A stretch of 64,000 nt of DNA from Azolla caroliniana (taxonomy: Eukaryota; Plantae; Polypodiophyta). This document shows, in pieces, positions 31,494 through 45,554 of the stretch. The notes under the pieces are model-generated. The model was not told the origin of the DNA. It did not search any database and saw only the letters and a program-made list of their open reading frames with translations. How positions within the stretch are numbered: the first letter of the stretch is position 1; each line of letters begins with the position of its first letter. Position numbers and translations under genes: made by a program. Location: assembly GCA_043228905.1 (NCBI GenBank), contig JBHGNT010000012.1, positions 21,080,001 through 21,144,000 of the forward strand, in the 5' to 3' direction.

Positions 31494-34400
31494 CTACAAC
31501 ATGCTAACGTACAAGTGTAACCATCACCCCATTCAGTCATGTGCACATTGCACCTTCTCGATTTTCTCCGTTCCATGTGATTTTCACACCGTTGCCGAAA
31601 ATCTTCACGACATCCACCCCCACGAAACCGCACGTCCTTCGATACGTGCCAAGAAGAGAATGTGAGATTTTGGCTACGGTGAACAATCAATTTCCTCCAC
31701 GTCCTCGTTGACCTCGCTCACGTTTGCAGGTTTCAACTTCATTGTAAAGGACCCTCAGCTTGTCTTTTATTGAAGATCTTTTCGCCATAATGGGTATGGC
31801 CAACCTCGATCCGTCTAGCTCCGCGAGGTGGTAGGTGGCGTTGTTGTTGGCACGTGTCACTTCTTGCGAACTTTCTTCTCATTTTGTGTTGGTTGTCAAG
31901 GTTGTTGTTGTAGACCAATACCCAACCTCCTTCGATCTTCTTGGGGTGCAGTCGATGCGTCTTGTCAAACCGAATCCAAAAACCAGGTGCTTCTTCTTAT
32001 TAGCCAATCTTTTTCTTTGAGATGGGAGATGGAAACGTTGGCAATACAACCTCCTCTGTTTAGTTGAACATCCCGCCATCTTGATGCATCTTTCCCTTCC
32101 TTCCCTTGGGTAGTCCTCATAATCACTTCTTTCCTTTCTTCTTCATATGTAATAACCATCCATTTTACCACAACATCATCTTCTTCGATAACAACCTCAA
32201 TGTTAATTATAGTTACATCACCATTATAGTCATCCTTTGAGTTAACAACATCTTTAGTCACCGAATTATTTATCACGAGATAGCCATCATATTCAATATC
32301 ATCTACCCTAAACTCATCCTTCTTGCACACACTCACAACACCAACATTATCATCATACACATCCCAAACAATCATAACATTTTCTAGATTATCCTCAATA
32401 TCATCTACCCTAAACTCATCCTTCTTGCACACACTCACAACATCAACATCATCATTATACACATCCCAAATAACATTTTCTAGATTTTCCTTACTTATAC
32501 CCTTGTGATCATTAAGTAACCCTACATCATCATGGACATATTTTTGTAGAACGTCCTCATCATCACAAATTCCTATTCTATTTTCATAATGGATATCCTC
32601 ATGAATGTCACCATTTGATTTAGTGGAACTCTTATAAAATCTATCCTGAAGAAAACCAAGGCAACCTAAAACACACAATTCCTCTTCATCACTCTCACCC
32701 TCATCATTACCCTTATCATAACCATATCCACAGAAAGTGCACAACTTTTTATCATCATAACCCTCATTCTTCTCTTGGCACTCACTCTCACCATCAATTA
32801 TAAACTCTCTCTTACTATTATCAAGCCCTAAATCATGTGTATCGTTATTATCGTCATTGTCATCACGTTTAAATGTAAAGTTTTTGTCTCTTCCTAACTT
32901 CTCTTTTTCGTGGCTCTCATTAAACCTATCAGACTCGTCATCACAATTTAAACCATGAGAGTCTAGATTCCAACTTCTCTCACCATCACGACTTCCGAGT
33001 GTAGCACAACCATGAAGAGCTCAACCTTGATTTCTCCTCTTGAGTTTATAGTAATCTTTGCCACGATCATAACCTTGTAGATCTCGAGCACTCTTTGTGA
33101 GTTTGTGATGATCTTTGTCTTTATCATAACCGTGTAGATCTTGATCTTTCTCCTGAAGCCCATGTTCTCTGTCACATGTCTCTTCATGACTGCATCCTTG
33201 AGTATCTTGGTCTTTCCCCTCTAGCCCACTTTCTTCACCACATGTCTCTTCATGATCGCATCCTTCTCGATCTTCCCTCTTGAGCCCACATTCTTCATCA
33301 CATCTCTCTTCATTATTGTATCCTTCTTCAGTGCATCTCTCTCTTCTCTTGAGTTTGCAATGATCTTCATGATGACAATCACAATCTCTCCCTTCAAGAT
33401 CGTGTTCTTCGTCACATGTTTCTCTTTTGTCGAGTTTGCAACGATCCTCGTAATGACCATAGTCATGTCGATCTCTCTTTTCAAGCCCACGTTCTTCTTC
33501 ATGACCGCATCCTTGAATATCCTGTTCTTCCGTTTTGAGCCCTTGTTCTTCATCGCATGTCTCTTCACGATCACATCCTCGAATATCTTGATCTTTTGTC
33601 TTGATCCCATGTTCTTTGTCATATGTCTCTTCATGCTCACGTCCTCGAATAGCTTGATCTTCCCTCTTGACCCCACGTTCTTTGTCGTGTCTCTCTTCAT
33701 AACCGCATCGTCAAATATCTCCATCTTTCCTTACGAGCCCACATTCTTCGTTGAAAGTCTCTTCATGACAATAATCGCGTTCATCTCGATCATCTTCATC
33801 TTCATCATCATTGACTAAACCATGAAAAGGTTGAGGCCCAAATCTTGACGTCATAACCGCTTATTACCAATCCGGAACTTCTTGATATAGTCTTTCGACT
33901 TTCCTTGCCAGCTTGAGATACTCCATCACTCTATCCTTATATCATGCAACAACATTTCAATGTCCTTCTTTACAAATGTAAGGATTACGAGCCTTGGACC
34001 ACCTTCTATTCTAATCGACTCCTCTAAGTCATAAGCAAGCAAGACCACATCCATCATTCGTGTTGCCTCCATTACCACATTGTGTTGTTCACGTTGGGTT
34101 CACCAAATAGATGTCGTGTGGCACATCACACACGTGCCAAACGTCGCGATGTGCGTGTCACACAGGCGCAGACAAGCACCGGGCCTATCTCCGCTAGTGG
34201 CTATGGAGGAGATAAATTAGCCATTTTAGGTTTATTGTCAAGTTGTTCTTTGTTGTCGAAGATGCACCCGAACTAGAATCCGTGGTGTGGTGGATTGATG
34301 TGTAAGCGGCGGTAATGTGGTGGTGTGCAATGTTTAGCGAGCGACAACGACGACAAAATGATATTTGCCGGTGCTATTTCCTTCCTAACGAGAATTCTAG

Positions 34401-35111
34401 AGATAGAGTGAATAACCACACGAAATGAAATTGTTGTAGCCGAAGTGACGCACTAATGTGGTTGTGAGTGAGAGAGAGAGAGAGAGACGGGAATTCAAGA
34501 AGTGTTTAAGATAGATAGATGGATGGATAGAAATTCCAATTCCGGGTTTGAACCCTTGACATCAATGTTGAGAAACAAGACAAGTCACCAATAAGATAAG
34601 TAGGTTTTTTAATATTAAGATGTTGATTCAATACATAACTTGATTGATGCATAGATTGATCACCCTTTTCTTTTCCCTTCCTTTCTTACTTATATAGATG
34701 CCCCCATGTATATGATGCATGTGAGGGTGTAAGACATGCATACAATGCATGATTGCCATTTGGTGCTCATGCATCGCATGTGATGCATGATGACCATGTC
34801 CCTCATTCAAGCTCTAATGTACGAGCATTTACATGTAAAAAATACAATGATGAGATTACAACAAGTAACAACTTAGCCTAATGGTAAGTCAATTGTGTCT
34901 TAACTTGGAGGTGCAATGTTCAAACCTTACTTGCACCCCTTGGTATGCACGAAAATGTTATTAGGCCTTAGGGATTCTCATTTCATTCATATTTACAACA
35001 TGATAACGTACAAGTGTAACCATCGCCCCATTCATTGGTGTGCACATTGCACCTTCTCAATTTTCTCCGTTCCATGTGATTTTCACACCATTGCCGAAAA
35101 TCTTCACGACA
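31494..35111 (-). mobile_element. Non-autonomous Gypsy derivative related to element 1; its 3' LTR is interrupted at 31494 by element A
   Basis: LTR start TGTCGTGAAGA on the minus strand at 35111 and 31612 (shared ~120 bp). PPT GTGGGGGTGGA next to 31612. Integrase C-terminal remnant (FDKTHRLHPKKIE..WVLVY) at about 31850-31990. 5' LTR about 34566-35111. No RT or RH. Confidence 0.75.
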
Positions 35112-36083
35112 GCGTCTCGTCAGGAATATGCACGTAGGTGATTGAGCCAAAAATCTGGACATGTGATAAGTCCGGCTTCTTTCCAAAAAACCTCTCATGA
35201 GGGATTACATCGTGTACCCCCAAAGGTTGTACACCTGTTCATGAGATATACGGCCATGTTCGCCGCTTCTGCCCAATACGATTTCGGCAGGTTCTTCTCA
35301 TTCATCATTGTTCATGCAACGTATACTATGTGGCAATTCTTCCATTCGGCTACACCACTTTGCTGAGGTGAATGTCGACACGAGATTTCTTGTCGAATTC
35401 CTTCCTTTCGGAGATATGCCATGAATTCGTCCGAGAAATACTCCTTTCCTCCATCTGATCAAAGGTGTGCCGACCCGTGGCTTTTTTGACTTCATTTTTA
35501 AACTTTTGGAAGTGTCCGAACACTTCGCTCTTCTACCGCATAAGGTAGATCCATGTGTGCCTAGAGGAGTCGTCGATGAACATGACATAGTAGCGGCAAC
35601 CTCCAAATGTTGCGGTTTGGGCTAGTCCCCACACATCTGAATGTACTACATCCAGGATCCCTTTACTCACATTCCTCTCTTTCGGGAATGGATGTCGGTG
35701 TTGTTTTCCAAATTGGCACGCCCCACATATGCCTGTAATCTCTTTCTCAATCAATGTCGGGAGTCCGATTACGATTCCTTTCGACTAATTGATGTGGCCG
35801 ATTCTCTGGTGCCACAGTTTCAAGTATGTTTCGACTTTGAGGCCTTTTGCAAAAATAGCCGATTTCACCTCCTCTAATTCGAGGATAAACATTCGGCCTT
35901 CTCAACAACCATGAGCTATGATTTGATCATCCTTTTTGATGAACCACATTTCATTATTGAATCGTACTTGCATACCTTGTTCGACAATGTGGATGACCGA
36001 GACCAGGTTTTTTTTTATGGTTGGGACATGCAAGACGTTTTTGAGGTAGGTTTGTTTGTCGTCATTTTCGAATGGAACATTTC

Positions 36084-39000
36084 TGTTGAGCGAGCAAGCT
36101 CAACCGGATCTAGATTGACTGAATAAGCCTGAGCCGGATCAGCATCCGGAAGGATGAGCCGGATCGGGGAGACGGATCGGACAACCGGATTCGAGCGGGA
36201 ACCAAAAGCCTAGTAGTAGCCTAAACTACTAGGTAATCATTGTCTCGTAGTTAGTGTTAGTCGCACATAGGAATATTAAAGTACCTGTCATTACTTTATG
36301 GACTTGTATAAAAGCACTTACTGAGCACATTCTATGTACAGAGTTTTCAGAGTGATATTTTGAATTGAGTTTATGTTCTGCTCTCTCTCTTTCTCTCTCT
36401 GTCTCTCCCACACGTATTCTCTGTGTTAAGTTCTCCATTAAACCTTTTCTCATTTTCTGTTGTTATCCAACTGAACAAGTTTATTGAACACTTCCGCACG
36501 CTAACTTGTGCATGGGATCAGAGCGCGAGGGTTGAGAATCTCTACAGCCGACAGCCACTTTCGAAGACAAACCCTAATACCCAGTAAGGACAAATAGAGA
36601 AAGATATGGATAGAGGTATGGCGAGTTCACTTCCCACAGAGAAGCTCGACCAGAGGCTACTGGGGGCATGGATATTGGAGCTTCGTGGATGGAACGAACA
36701 AGGTAGTGCCGGAGCCGGCACACAATGACTTCACGGTTTAGGAGAAGGGAGCGAGTCGAGTATTGTACTACCTCGCGTCCTGTGTGCACGACCAGATGAT
36801 CGGCTACATAAAGGATGCAAAAATTCCGGAGGAGGCTTGGGGAAATTTGAGGAAGATTTACGCCGCGAGTACCACAACCCGTAAGTTGCAGCTCCGGCAA
36901 GAGCGGAACAACATCCGGCAAAGAGACATGTCGGTTACGGATTACACCACCAAGATAAAGGAGATTTGTGACAGACTCGGGTCCATCAATGTGACTGTGA
37001 ACGAAGACAAGATGGTATAAATCTGCCTTGGTGGTCTAGCGCAAAGGTATGGCCCAATCTGGACAGCGATTAGCACCCGGGAGAAGCCACCGTCCTTCTT
37101 CGACTTACAATCAATGTTGATGGTCGAAGAAAACCACGTGATCGGGTCGATACCACTCAATTTGACAGCCGAATGTTGTACACGGAGTCAGATCGGCCTC
37201 GTGGACATGGTGGACGAGGTGGGTCGGCACGCAATGGAAGCAGTTGGCAAGAGCAGGACCGAAGGCACAGAGGTAGTGCCAACAGCCGTTCTGGAAGGTA
37301 CTATGGCAAGAAAGGCCATAGGGAAAACGAGTGCCGGAAGAAGCACGTTGATTCGGACAAATTCGGATCCGGCAAAGCCGGTCGGGAAAACCGGCAAAGC
37401 TCGCACTACGTAGAAGGATCAGAAGGATCCAAAACCGGGAAGACCGGTTAAGGGCCAGTCTTCGTGATGAAGCACAATGCTAACTCGATGAAGAAGACCA
37501 CTTCCAAATCGGAGGAAATATGGTACGTTGATTCCGGAGCGTCCAACCACATGACGAGCCATGAAGAGTGGTTCTTTTTTTTTTGAGAAATCGGAACAAC
37601 CGGGAATTGTCGAAACCGGAAATGACACCCCTCACCTGATTGTGCATGTCAGAGAAGTCCCTTTAAGCCATGTCGGACAAAAGGGAAAGCTGATGAACGT
37701 CATACACGTTCCGACTATCACAAAAAACCTGGTATTGGTCGGACAAATCGTCGACCAGGGAATGCAGGTGTGGTTTACGCACCTCGGGTGCTTCATCGAG
37801 GAAGAAGGTCGGATAATTGTGCAAGGGCACAGAGAAGGGAGGATGTTCATCCTCAACACTAATGAAGTTAGCACCGCAATGTTTGCCACAAGACAGAAGA
37901 TTGAATCAGACATCGATCTCTGGCACAAGCAGATCGGCCACGTCCATTACCGGAGGCTTCAGGACATGCAATCGAAACAAGTTGTGTTCGGTTTGCAGAA
38001 ATTCAATGGCCGGAAGGCCCAAGTTTGTGAAGCCTACCAACTCGAGAAGCAACAACGGCTTCCATTCCCCACCGAATGAAACCAGAGCAGTAACAAGCTC
38101 GAACTAATACATTCGGATGTATGGGGACTGGCACAGAACGTTAGTCTTGGCGGGAGTCGATACTTCGTCTCCTTCATCGACGACTACAGCCGGCACACAT
38201 GGATCTACCTCATCAAACAAAAGAGCGAAGTCTTCAAATGTTTCCGAACCTTGCAAAGCTTAGTTGAACAGGAAACGGAGAGGAAGATCAAGTGCCTGCG
38301 ATCGGATGGCGGAAAAGAATACTTTTCCATCCAAATCAACGGTTATCTACAGCATAACGGAATTAAGAGAGAATTCAGTTGCAGATACACACTGGAGCAA
38401 AACGGTGTGGCCGAAAGGAAGAACTAGTCGATTGTCGACGCGGCAAGGGCAATGTTGGAGGAGAAAAGCATGCCCCAATTCTACTGGGCTGAGGCGGTCC
38501 GAACAGTCGTCTACATCCAAAACTGGATCGGAGACAAGGTGTCAACACATGAGTTGTATTCCGGGTGGAAGCCGAACTTGAGGCACCTTCGGATATTCAG
38601 TAGCATAGCATATGTGCATGTACCGGATGAGAAGCGGAGGAAGCTTGATCCGAAGTCGGAGAAGTGCATCCTAGTCGGTTACTCGCATGAGAAGAAGGGG
38701 TATAAGTGTTATAACCCCCGGTGAGTAAGCTAAGATGTTGAGTTCGACGAGAGGGCATCGTGGTACTCTCTACCGACTCCGACTTCCGACTCAGACCCAA
38801 TTCCGGAAGATGAGGCTAGTGAGCCTGAGGAAGTCCAGATAGAAGATGACAAGTTGGAGACTCTAGAAGAGAGTCTGATCTCATTCCGACTAAGTGGGCC
38901 GAATGAGCGGCTGTGTCAGGATGACGAGTCGGATGAGGAACCGACGAGTAGTGGAGACTATGTTGTGCTCTCCCCGCGCAAGGAACCGAGGAGATGGTTC

Positions 39001-41757
39001 ATGCGCAAAGAGAAGGGGAAGAAGAGGATGCCGAAATACGAAACCGGCAACGTTGAGTCGGATCGGAGCGAATTCGACTCCGAAAAGGATGAAGGCGAAT
39101 CTTCGGGAACGAAGTCCGAATCGGCCAAGAAGGGCCCCAAACTGGGTGATGACAAGTTACGCCGGTCTTCCCGCCAAAAGAACCACGTTACGTGGTATGG
39201 GTACAATGAGTACATGGCGCATCACTATGCGCACATGACCAAAGTGGCGGAAGTGCGTGAGCCGGAGAGCTACGCAGAAGCCGCAAAGGACGCAAATTGG
39301 CGTGCCGCTATGGAAGAAGAAGTGTGGGTACTCGATGCCAACGACACATGGGACCTCATTGACCCTCCCCGACAGTGTAAACCGATCGGTTGTAAAATGG
39401 TGTACAAGGTAAAGTACAATGCCGACAGTTTGGTTAACCGGTGCAAGGCCCGGTTAGTGGCGAAGGGATACGCACAAACCCACGGATTCGACTATGACGA
39501 GACCTTTGCTCCGGTAGCAAAGATGACGACAGTGCGTGTGGTACTAGTGGTTGTTGCGGCAAGGGGGTGGCATCTTCACCAGATGGACGTGAAGATTGTG
39601 TTTCTTCAAGGTGACCTTGAAGAATGGGTCTATATGATCCAACCTCCTGGTTTCTAGTCGGAGATGAACAAGTTGGCGGTGTGCCGGCTTAAGAAGTCTC
39701 TTTACGGTATGAAACAAGCCCGCCGAGTTTGGAATGTGAAGATCACGCACCGGCTGCATAAGGTTGGGTTTGTGACCTCTAAATCCGACTCCTCATTGTT
39801 CGTTTGGCAAAGTCCGGACGGTCCGGTTTGCATCTTACTTTATGTAGATGATTTAGTCATCACTGGACCCAGACTCAATGAAATCAATCGTGTCAAGGCC
39901 CAGCTGTCGGACGCACTTGAAATGAAGGACCTGGGGATCTTCATTATTTTCTTGGGATCGAGGTGATCCGAACCCCCAATGGCATATTGCTCTCACAACG
40001 ACACTACATGTTGAATATGTTGTACAAGTTTGGCATGACGGAATGTCGACCTGTCTCCACACCCCTGGACCGGAACCAAAAGCTTCGTCCCAACTCCGAA
40101 CCGGCCTGCAATGAGAAACGGTTCCGACAAATTGTCAAAAGCCTCATATACCTGACAATCACTCGACCCAACATCAGTTACCCAGTCGGAGTGATCAGCC
40201 AGTTCATGCAGAAGCCGACCGTCGAGCACCTTCAGTGTGCACACTGGATACTCCGGTATGGGAGTGGCATGAAGGATCGGGGACTGTTATACCGGCATGG
40301 TATAACTGAAGAGCTACTCGGATACACAAATGCCGACTAGGTTGGTGATGCATCGGATCACTGATCCACCTCTGGTTACATGTTTTCTCTCGGAAGCACG
40401 GTGGTTGCATGGAGCAACAAAAAGTAGCCAACAGTGGCTCTGTCGAGCACTGAGGCTGAATACCGGGGCGCTACCAATCCCACTTGTGAAGCCATCTAGC
40501 TTCGGCGACTGCTGCGAGATCTCCGGATCGAGGTGCCGACCCCAATCCTGATCTACTATGACAACATGAGCAGCATACAGCTCGCCATGAACCCCGTATT
40601 CCATGCTCGAATGAAGCATATAGAAGTGCATTATCACTTCGTGCATGAGCGGGTCCTGAGTGGTCAAGTCGAACTTCGGTATGTTCAGACGGATCAGCAG
40701 GTTGCCGACATCTTCACCAAACCGCTCGAATCGGACAAGTTGCAGCACTTCTCGGAGATGCTCGGCATTCAGCATCTCGATGTGCTGCACTTGAGAGGGA
40801 GAACAGGAAAGGGAACGGATAGCACTGAACAAGGAATTGGAGAAGAAGAAAGAACCAACAAAGGGGGAGACCAGAGGAAAAAGCGGGCCGAGTCAACAAA
40901 GGAAGTCGGCACATCCGAACAAGTCGGAATGAGTGGCAGCGGCGGCAGAGTCAACAAGGACAGAGCCGACTGGAAGGAGAAAGCCAAGACCCGGACATGG
41001 TCTAATGTGGTGAAGGGCCTAAAACCGGAAGACGAGTTGGAGAACACCAACTCAGACAAGAGTGGGAACAAATCGGAGACAACCGATTCGCTTCATCAGT
41101 TGGATTCGGAGGAGCCGGATCAACTAAAGGCCAAGTAGACACAGACGCAGCGGAAGTCGACGCCAACTCGAAGGAACCGACGGGTCAACAAGCGTTGGAA
41201 TCGCAACAGCGAGGGAGCTGAAATGGGCTTGTTGAGCAAACAAGCCGACCAAGGAGGTCAAGGTGCGCAGAACCAGAAGGGTCACGGAAAACAGGACCGG
41301 ACCGAACAAGGAGCGCAAGCAAGGCGGAGCAACGCCAGAAGGAGCCCAGTAGAAGAACCGATTGTAGCGGACACTAACACCACGATCCGACCTCAAGTTG
41401 AGCTTGAGGGGAAGTGTTGAGCGAGCAAGATCAACTGGATCCGGATCGGTTGAATAAGCCTGAGCCGGATCGACATCCAGAAGGATGAGCCGGATCGGTA
41501 TCTAGATGGTATCCGGAAACAACCGGCCGGATCGGGGAGACAGATCAGAGAGTCGGATTCGAGTGGGAACCGGAAGCCTAGTAGTAGCCTAAACTACTAG
41601 GTTATCATTGTCTCGTAGTTAGTGTCAGTCGCACGTAGGAATATTGAAGTACCTGTCAGTACTTCTATCAGTCCTTTTTGTATAAAAGCGTTGACTGAGC
41701 ACAATCTATGTACAGAGTTTTCAGAGTGATATTTTGAATTGAGTTTATGTTCTGCTC

Positions 41758-41817
<60 letters not shown>

Positions 41818-41922
41818 CCACGCGTATTCTCTGTGTTAAGTTCTCCATTAAACCTTTTCTCATTTTCTGTTGTTATCCGACTGAGCCGGTTTGTTGAACG
41901 CTTCCGCACGCTAACTTTTACA
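36084..41922 (+). mobile_element. Full-length but decayed Ty1/Copia element
   Basis: LTRs 36084-36512 and 41415-41922 (diverged, with indels). TSD ATTTC at 36079-36083 and 41923-41927. Mutated PBS TGGGATCAGAGC at 36513. PPT GAGGGGAAG. gag/PR/INT/RT/RH fragments with many stops. Confidence 0.93.
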
Positions 41923-43200
41923 ATTTCCAACATGCCGAACTGGGTGAGTCGTATCATCTCCAGTTTTGACATAGTCGGGCCGATTGGGCTTTCGTAATTC
42001 TCGAAACTAATCTTCATGGGACGTCATGTGATTGGATGCTCCCGGGTCGATAAACCATATCCTATCTGAAGAAGAGGTGCTAGTCAGAGACTAAGCCGAC
42101 ATTGAATGTGCTTCATGCCTCATTACGAACATCCCGCCACAATTGTCATAGTCGAAATTCGAAGCATAGTTCGTGAGTTGTTGGCTAGTTGAAGTCGAGT
42201 CTCGTATTTTTTTCGGCACTTCTCTTCATAGTGGTCGTGTTTTCGACAATACCCACATTCAATCGGGTTGTTACGATTGCTCGATTTGGCAGGGTGGCTC
42301 CCCCTTCTGCCGAACTCTCTGGGATTGTTCTTGTCCTCTTGCCACTGGTGGGAGTTACGCTCTTGGGTCGGCCAACCATGTCGGCCTCGTCTGAACCGAC
42401 CTCATTACCTCTTCTATCATCCGACTATGAGTAGAGCATCTGCCCATCAGGCGCATTGTTCCTTTGTGGAACATGATTTTCTTCGACCAATAGAATAGAT
42501 TGAAGGTCAAAAAAGGAGGGGGGTTCTCCCTCACAACAATGGCCGATCTAATCACGCCGAATCGAGGTGTCAAGCCGCCGAGGCATATTTGCACCATTTC
42601 TTCATGGTCGATGACGAAATTAATCGAACCGAGGGCATCACACAACTCCTTGATATTCAAGGTATAATCGGTGTTCGTCATGTCCCTCTATTGCATGTCC
42701 CTCCAAGTTGGAGCTTTCAAGCAGTCGTATTGGCCGCAAAAATCTTCTTGAGATTTCCCCAAGCTTCTTTCGGCATTTTCGAATCTTGAATATAGCTGAG
42801 CATGTGATCATGAACGCATGATATAAGGTAGTACAACACACGGCTCGCGGCCTACTCCCACGCTAAGTAGTCGGCGGCGTGTGTCAGATTGGGTTGCGTT
42901 TCGTGAACTCCCTCAATGTAGCTCCAGTAACCTTGTTTGACAAGATACTGATGCATCTTGAACTCCCAAGATGCTAAGTTTGTTATATCGAGCTTCTCTG
43001 TGGGAAAAGCACTTCCCATCTAGGTGTTCATTGTCGAACTTCTTCTAGTCTTGATGCGAGCCGTGTAGAAATCGTCTCTACAACGATCAGTTGGTTCTCT
43101 GCGAGGTTGAGCACAACACATGTAAAGCCGATGGGCTTGGATCCAGCTACCACGCGCTCTGATACCATATAAAGAATCGAGAGTGATTTTGTGCAGCGGA

Positions 43201-43206
<6 letters not shown>

Positions 43207-43267
<61 letters not shown>
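43207..43267. repeat. (GT)n microsatellite inside the old Copia LTR
   Basis: About 30 GT units. Confidence 0.95.
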
Positions 43268-43268
<1 letters not shown>

Positions 43269-44589
43269 ACGTAATGTAGAAGAGAGAAAGAGAGAGAGGG
43301 AGAGAGCTCTAGACAAGAAACTGTATATTACATCCAACAACAACTAAGTTACAAAAGGTTGGTTTAAATACCAACTAGTCTAGGGCAAATGCCCTTTCTA
43401 CTAATTACAGAAATGTCCTAGTAAGTTGTCCACCGCCTAGTGTGAACACTATTCCTATGGGAAGTTGAGTTCGATTCTCAACAAGGGTTTACATGAACTC
43501 GAATTGTACTAAAATCTCTGTTTTTACAAGAGTAAAAGATGCATATCAATACTTTAAAGAAGTATGTTGCACAACAAGATACCATATGGTGAACATGTGC
43601 TTCCTTGATTAACAAAAAACCATTAATGATTGTGTTGATGGTAATTAAACCTTGCAAATGCCATTTACTTCACAAATTTTGTAGGGGAGTTCTCAAACTG
43701 AAGAAGAGGAGAGCATTGTGGATACCTTGATAACTATGTGATATGTTCAAATTGATATATTAATGTTTACATCTAAGTTTGGCAATTTTGACAGTTTATG
43801 AATATCGTCTACATTTTAGGAGTTATGGATTTATCAAAATTGTTTATGAATATTGTATACATTTCTTTGGTTGTGAATTTATGGATGTTAATGAGCACTA
43901 AATTTATAGATGATGGCATTAAGGATTACCTCTTATACTTAAAACATGTTCAAGTCTAACAATATATGTAACTTCCACTTCTGGAACCTACATCTCCTCA
44001 AGATGGTGAAACCATTAATCTTAACTTGTGCCTTGAGTTAACCATTGTGATTTTCTTTAAGTTAACTACATTTCACATCTGCAGACCTTCAATGTTTAAA
44101 CATTTATTGAAAAACTATTCAATTTTAGAAATTATCATCTTGAAACTTGTTAAATCTCAAAAAATTAGCAAATTTTACATGCTATTTAAAACATGTGATA
44201 GTGTATCAAGTTTCTGAAAATTGCATAAAATCGCAAGATTATAAAAGGAATCTATAAGTGGAATGCGTGATCCCTCCACTTGTGAATGCGAATGTGTTCA
44301 AAGTGACTTTTATTTGCTTTTTAGAATGGGGTTTGACCCGTTTCACTTTGATGTGGTCCTTTGGCCTAGAGCTTTAACAAGAGTTCTATTCTATTCCCTA
44401 AAATATCTTGACGTAGTGGTACTATTACCTTAGTATAGGCTCGCAAAGAAATGCGAAAGATGACACGTCGTAAGAGATGAGTGTGGGAAGCATCTCAATA
44501 TTGGGATCTCAATCATATGCTCATGAGTAGCGATTGCGCCACTGCCTAGAAGAGACTACGAGAACGAAGACCACAAACATCCATCGAGG

Positions 44590-45487
44590 ATCCTAATACT
44601 TGGTGCACATATACAGAGAGACTTTACTAAGTCCCGAACTAGCCACCCATTCTTATGCCTTCTACACCTCGACCTATTATAGAGACATTTTTTACGACAT
44701 GTACGGTCACTAAGGTAATAAAGAAATTACAACATAGAAAATCCATGGATCACATAGGATTGCGAGCTGAACACATCATATATGCTCTAGATTTCCTAGC
44801 TCCTTTTCTCACTTCACTCTTCAACCATGCCCTTGTGTAGGGTTTTCCACCGCATTGGACCATGAACACAATGGCCCCTATACATAAAGGAGGGGACCCA
44901 AATACATACATGATCATTATGATTGGTCATATGCTTGCTAAACTATATGGTGCAGTAATGGACGTAGAGCTCAATGATTATATGGAGACATTAAGTATTC
45001 ACGCTTCTGAACAAGCCGATATCAGAAAAGCCTTCTCCACTATTGAGCATATCGTCACACGTAGATGCCTAATTGACTAGGCCAAGGCTCGCAAGAGGAA
45101 ATTATATTGTTGTTTTGTGGACTTCCACAAAGCCTTTGACAGTTCCTAGAGATCAGTTGTTAGATAGGCTTAAATGTTTGGAGATACCAAATGACATTAT
45201 TTGGGCCATCTATGCTTTATATGAGCAAGTCTCTAGTGATGAAGATCCGACCGACCACAACCGGTTATCACGTGTGCAAATGTGGGGCAAAGATCGAAAT
45301 GACAGAAAACAGAAAACAAGAAATGAAAGTACAAAGACAAGTATTTTTAACGTGGAAATCCTGATAGGGAAAAATCACGGGAGGCCACAAACTCCAATAA
45401 CTATATCTATGGGATAAAGGAATACAACAAGAAATTTCAAGGCAACGACCTTCAGTTCTTCTTTGTCAGATCGACGGTTACAAAGGA

Positions 45488-45554
<67 letters not shown>

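Larger units (their letters stand above)
35112..43483 (-). mobile_element. Old degenerate Ty1/Copia element (outermost layer), interrupted by the Copia at 36084-41922 and by the Gypsy derivative at 35111
   Basis: 5' LTR about 43168-43483 containing a (CA)n tract. PBS TGGTATCAGAGCG (minus strand 43167-43155). gag remnants 42350-43020; integrase (CGACQFGKQ..HSDVWG..FIDD) 35150-35900. Confidence 0.8.
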
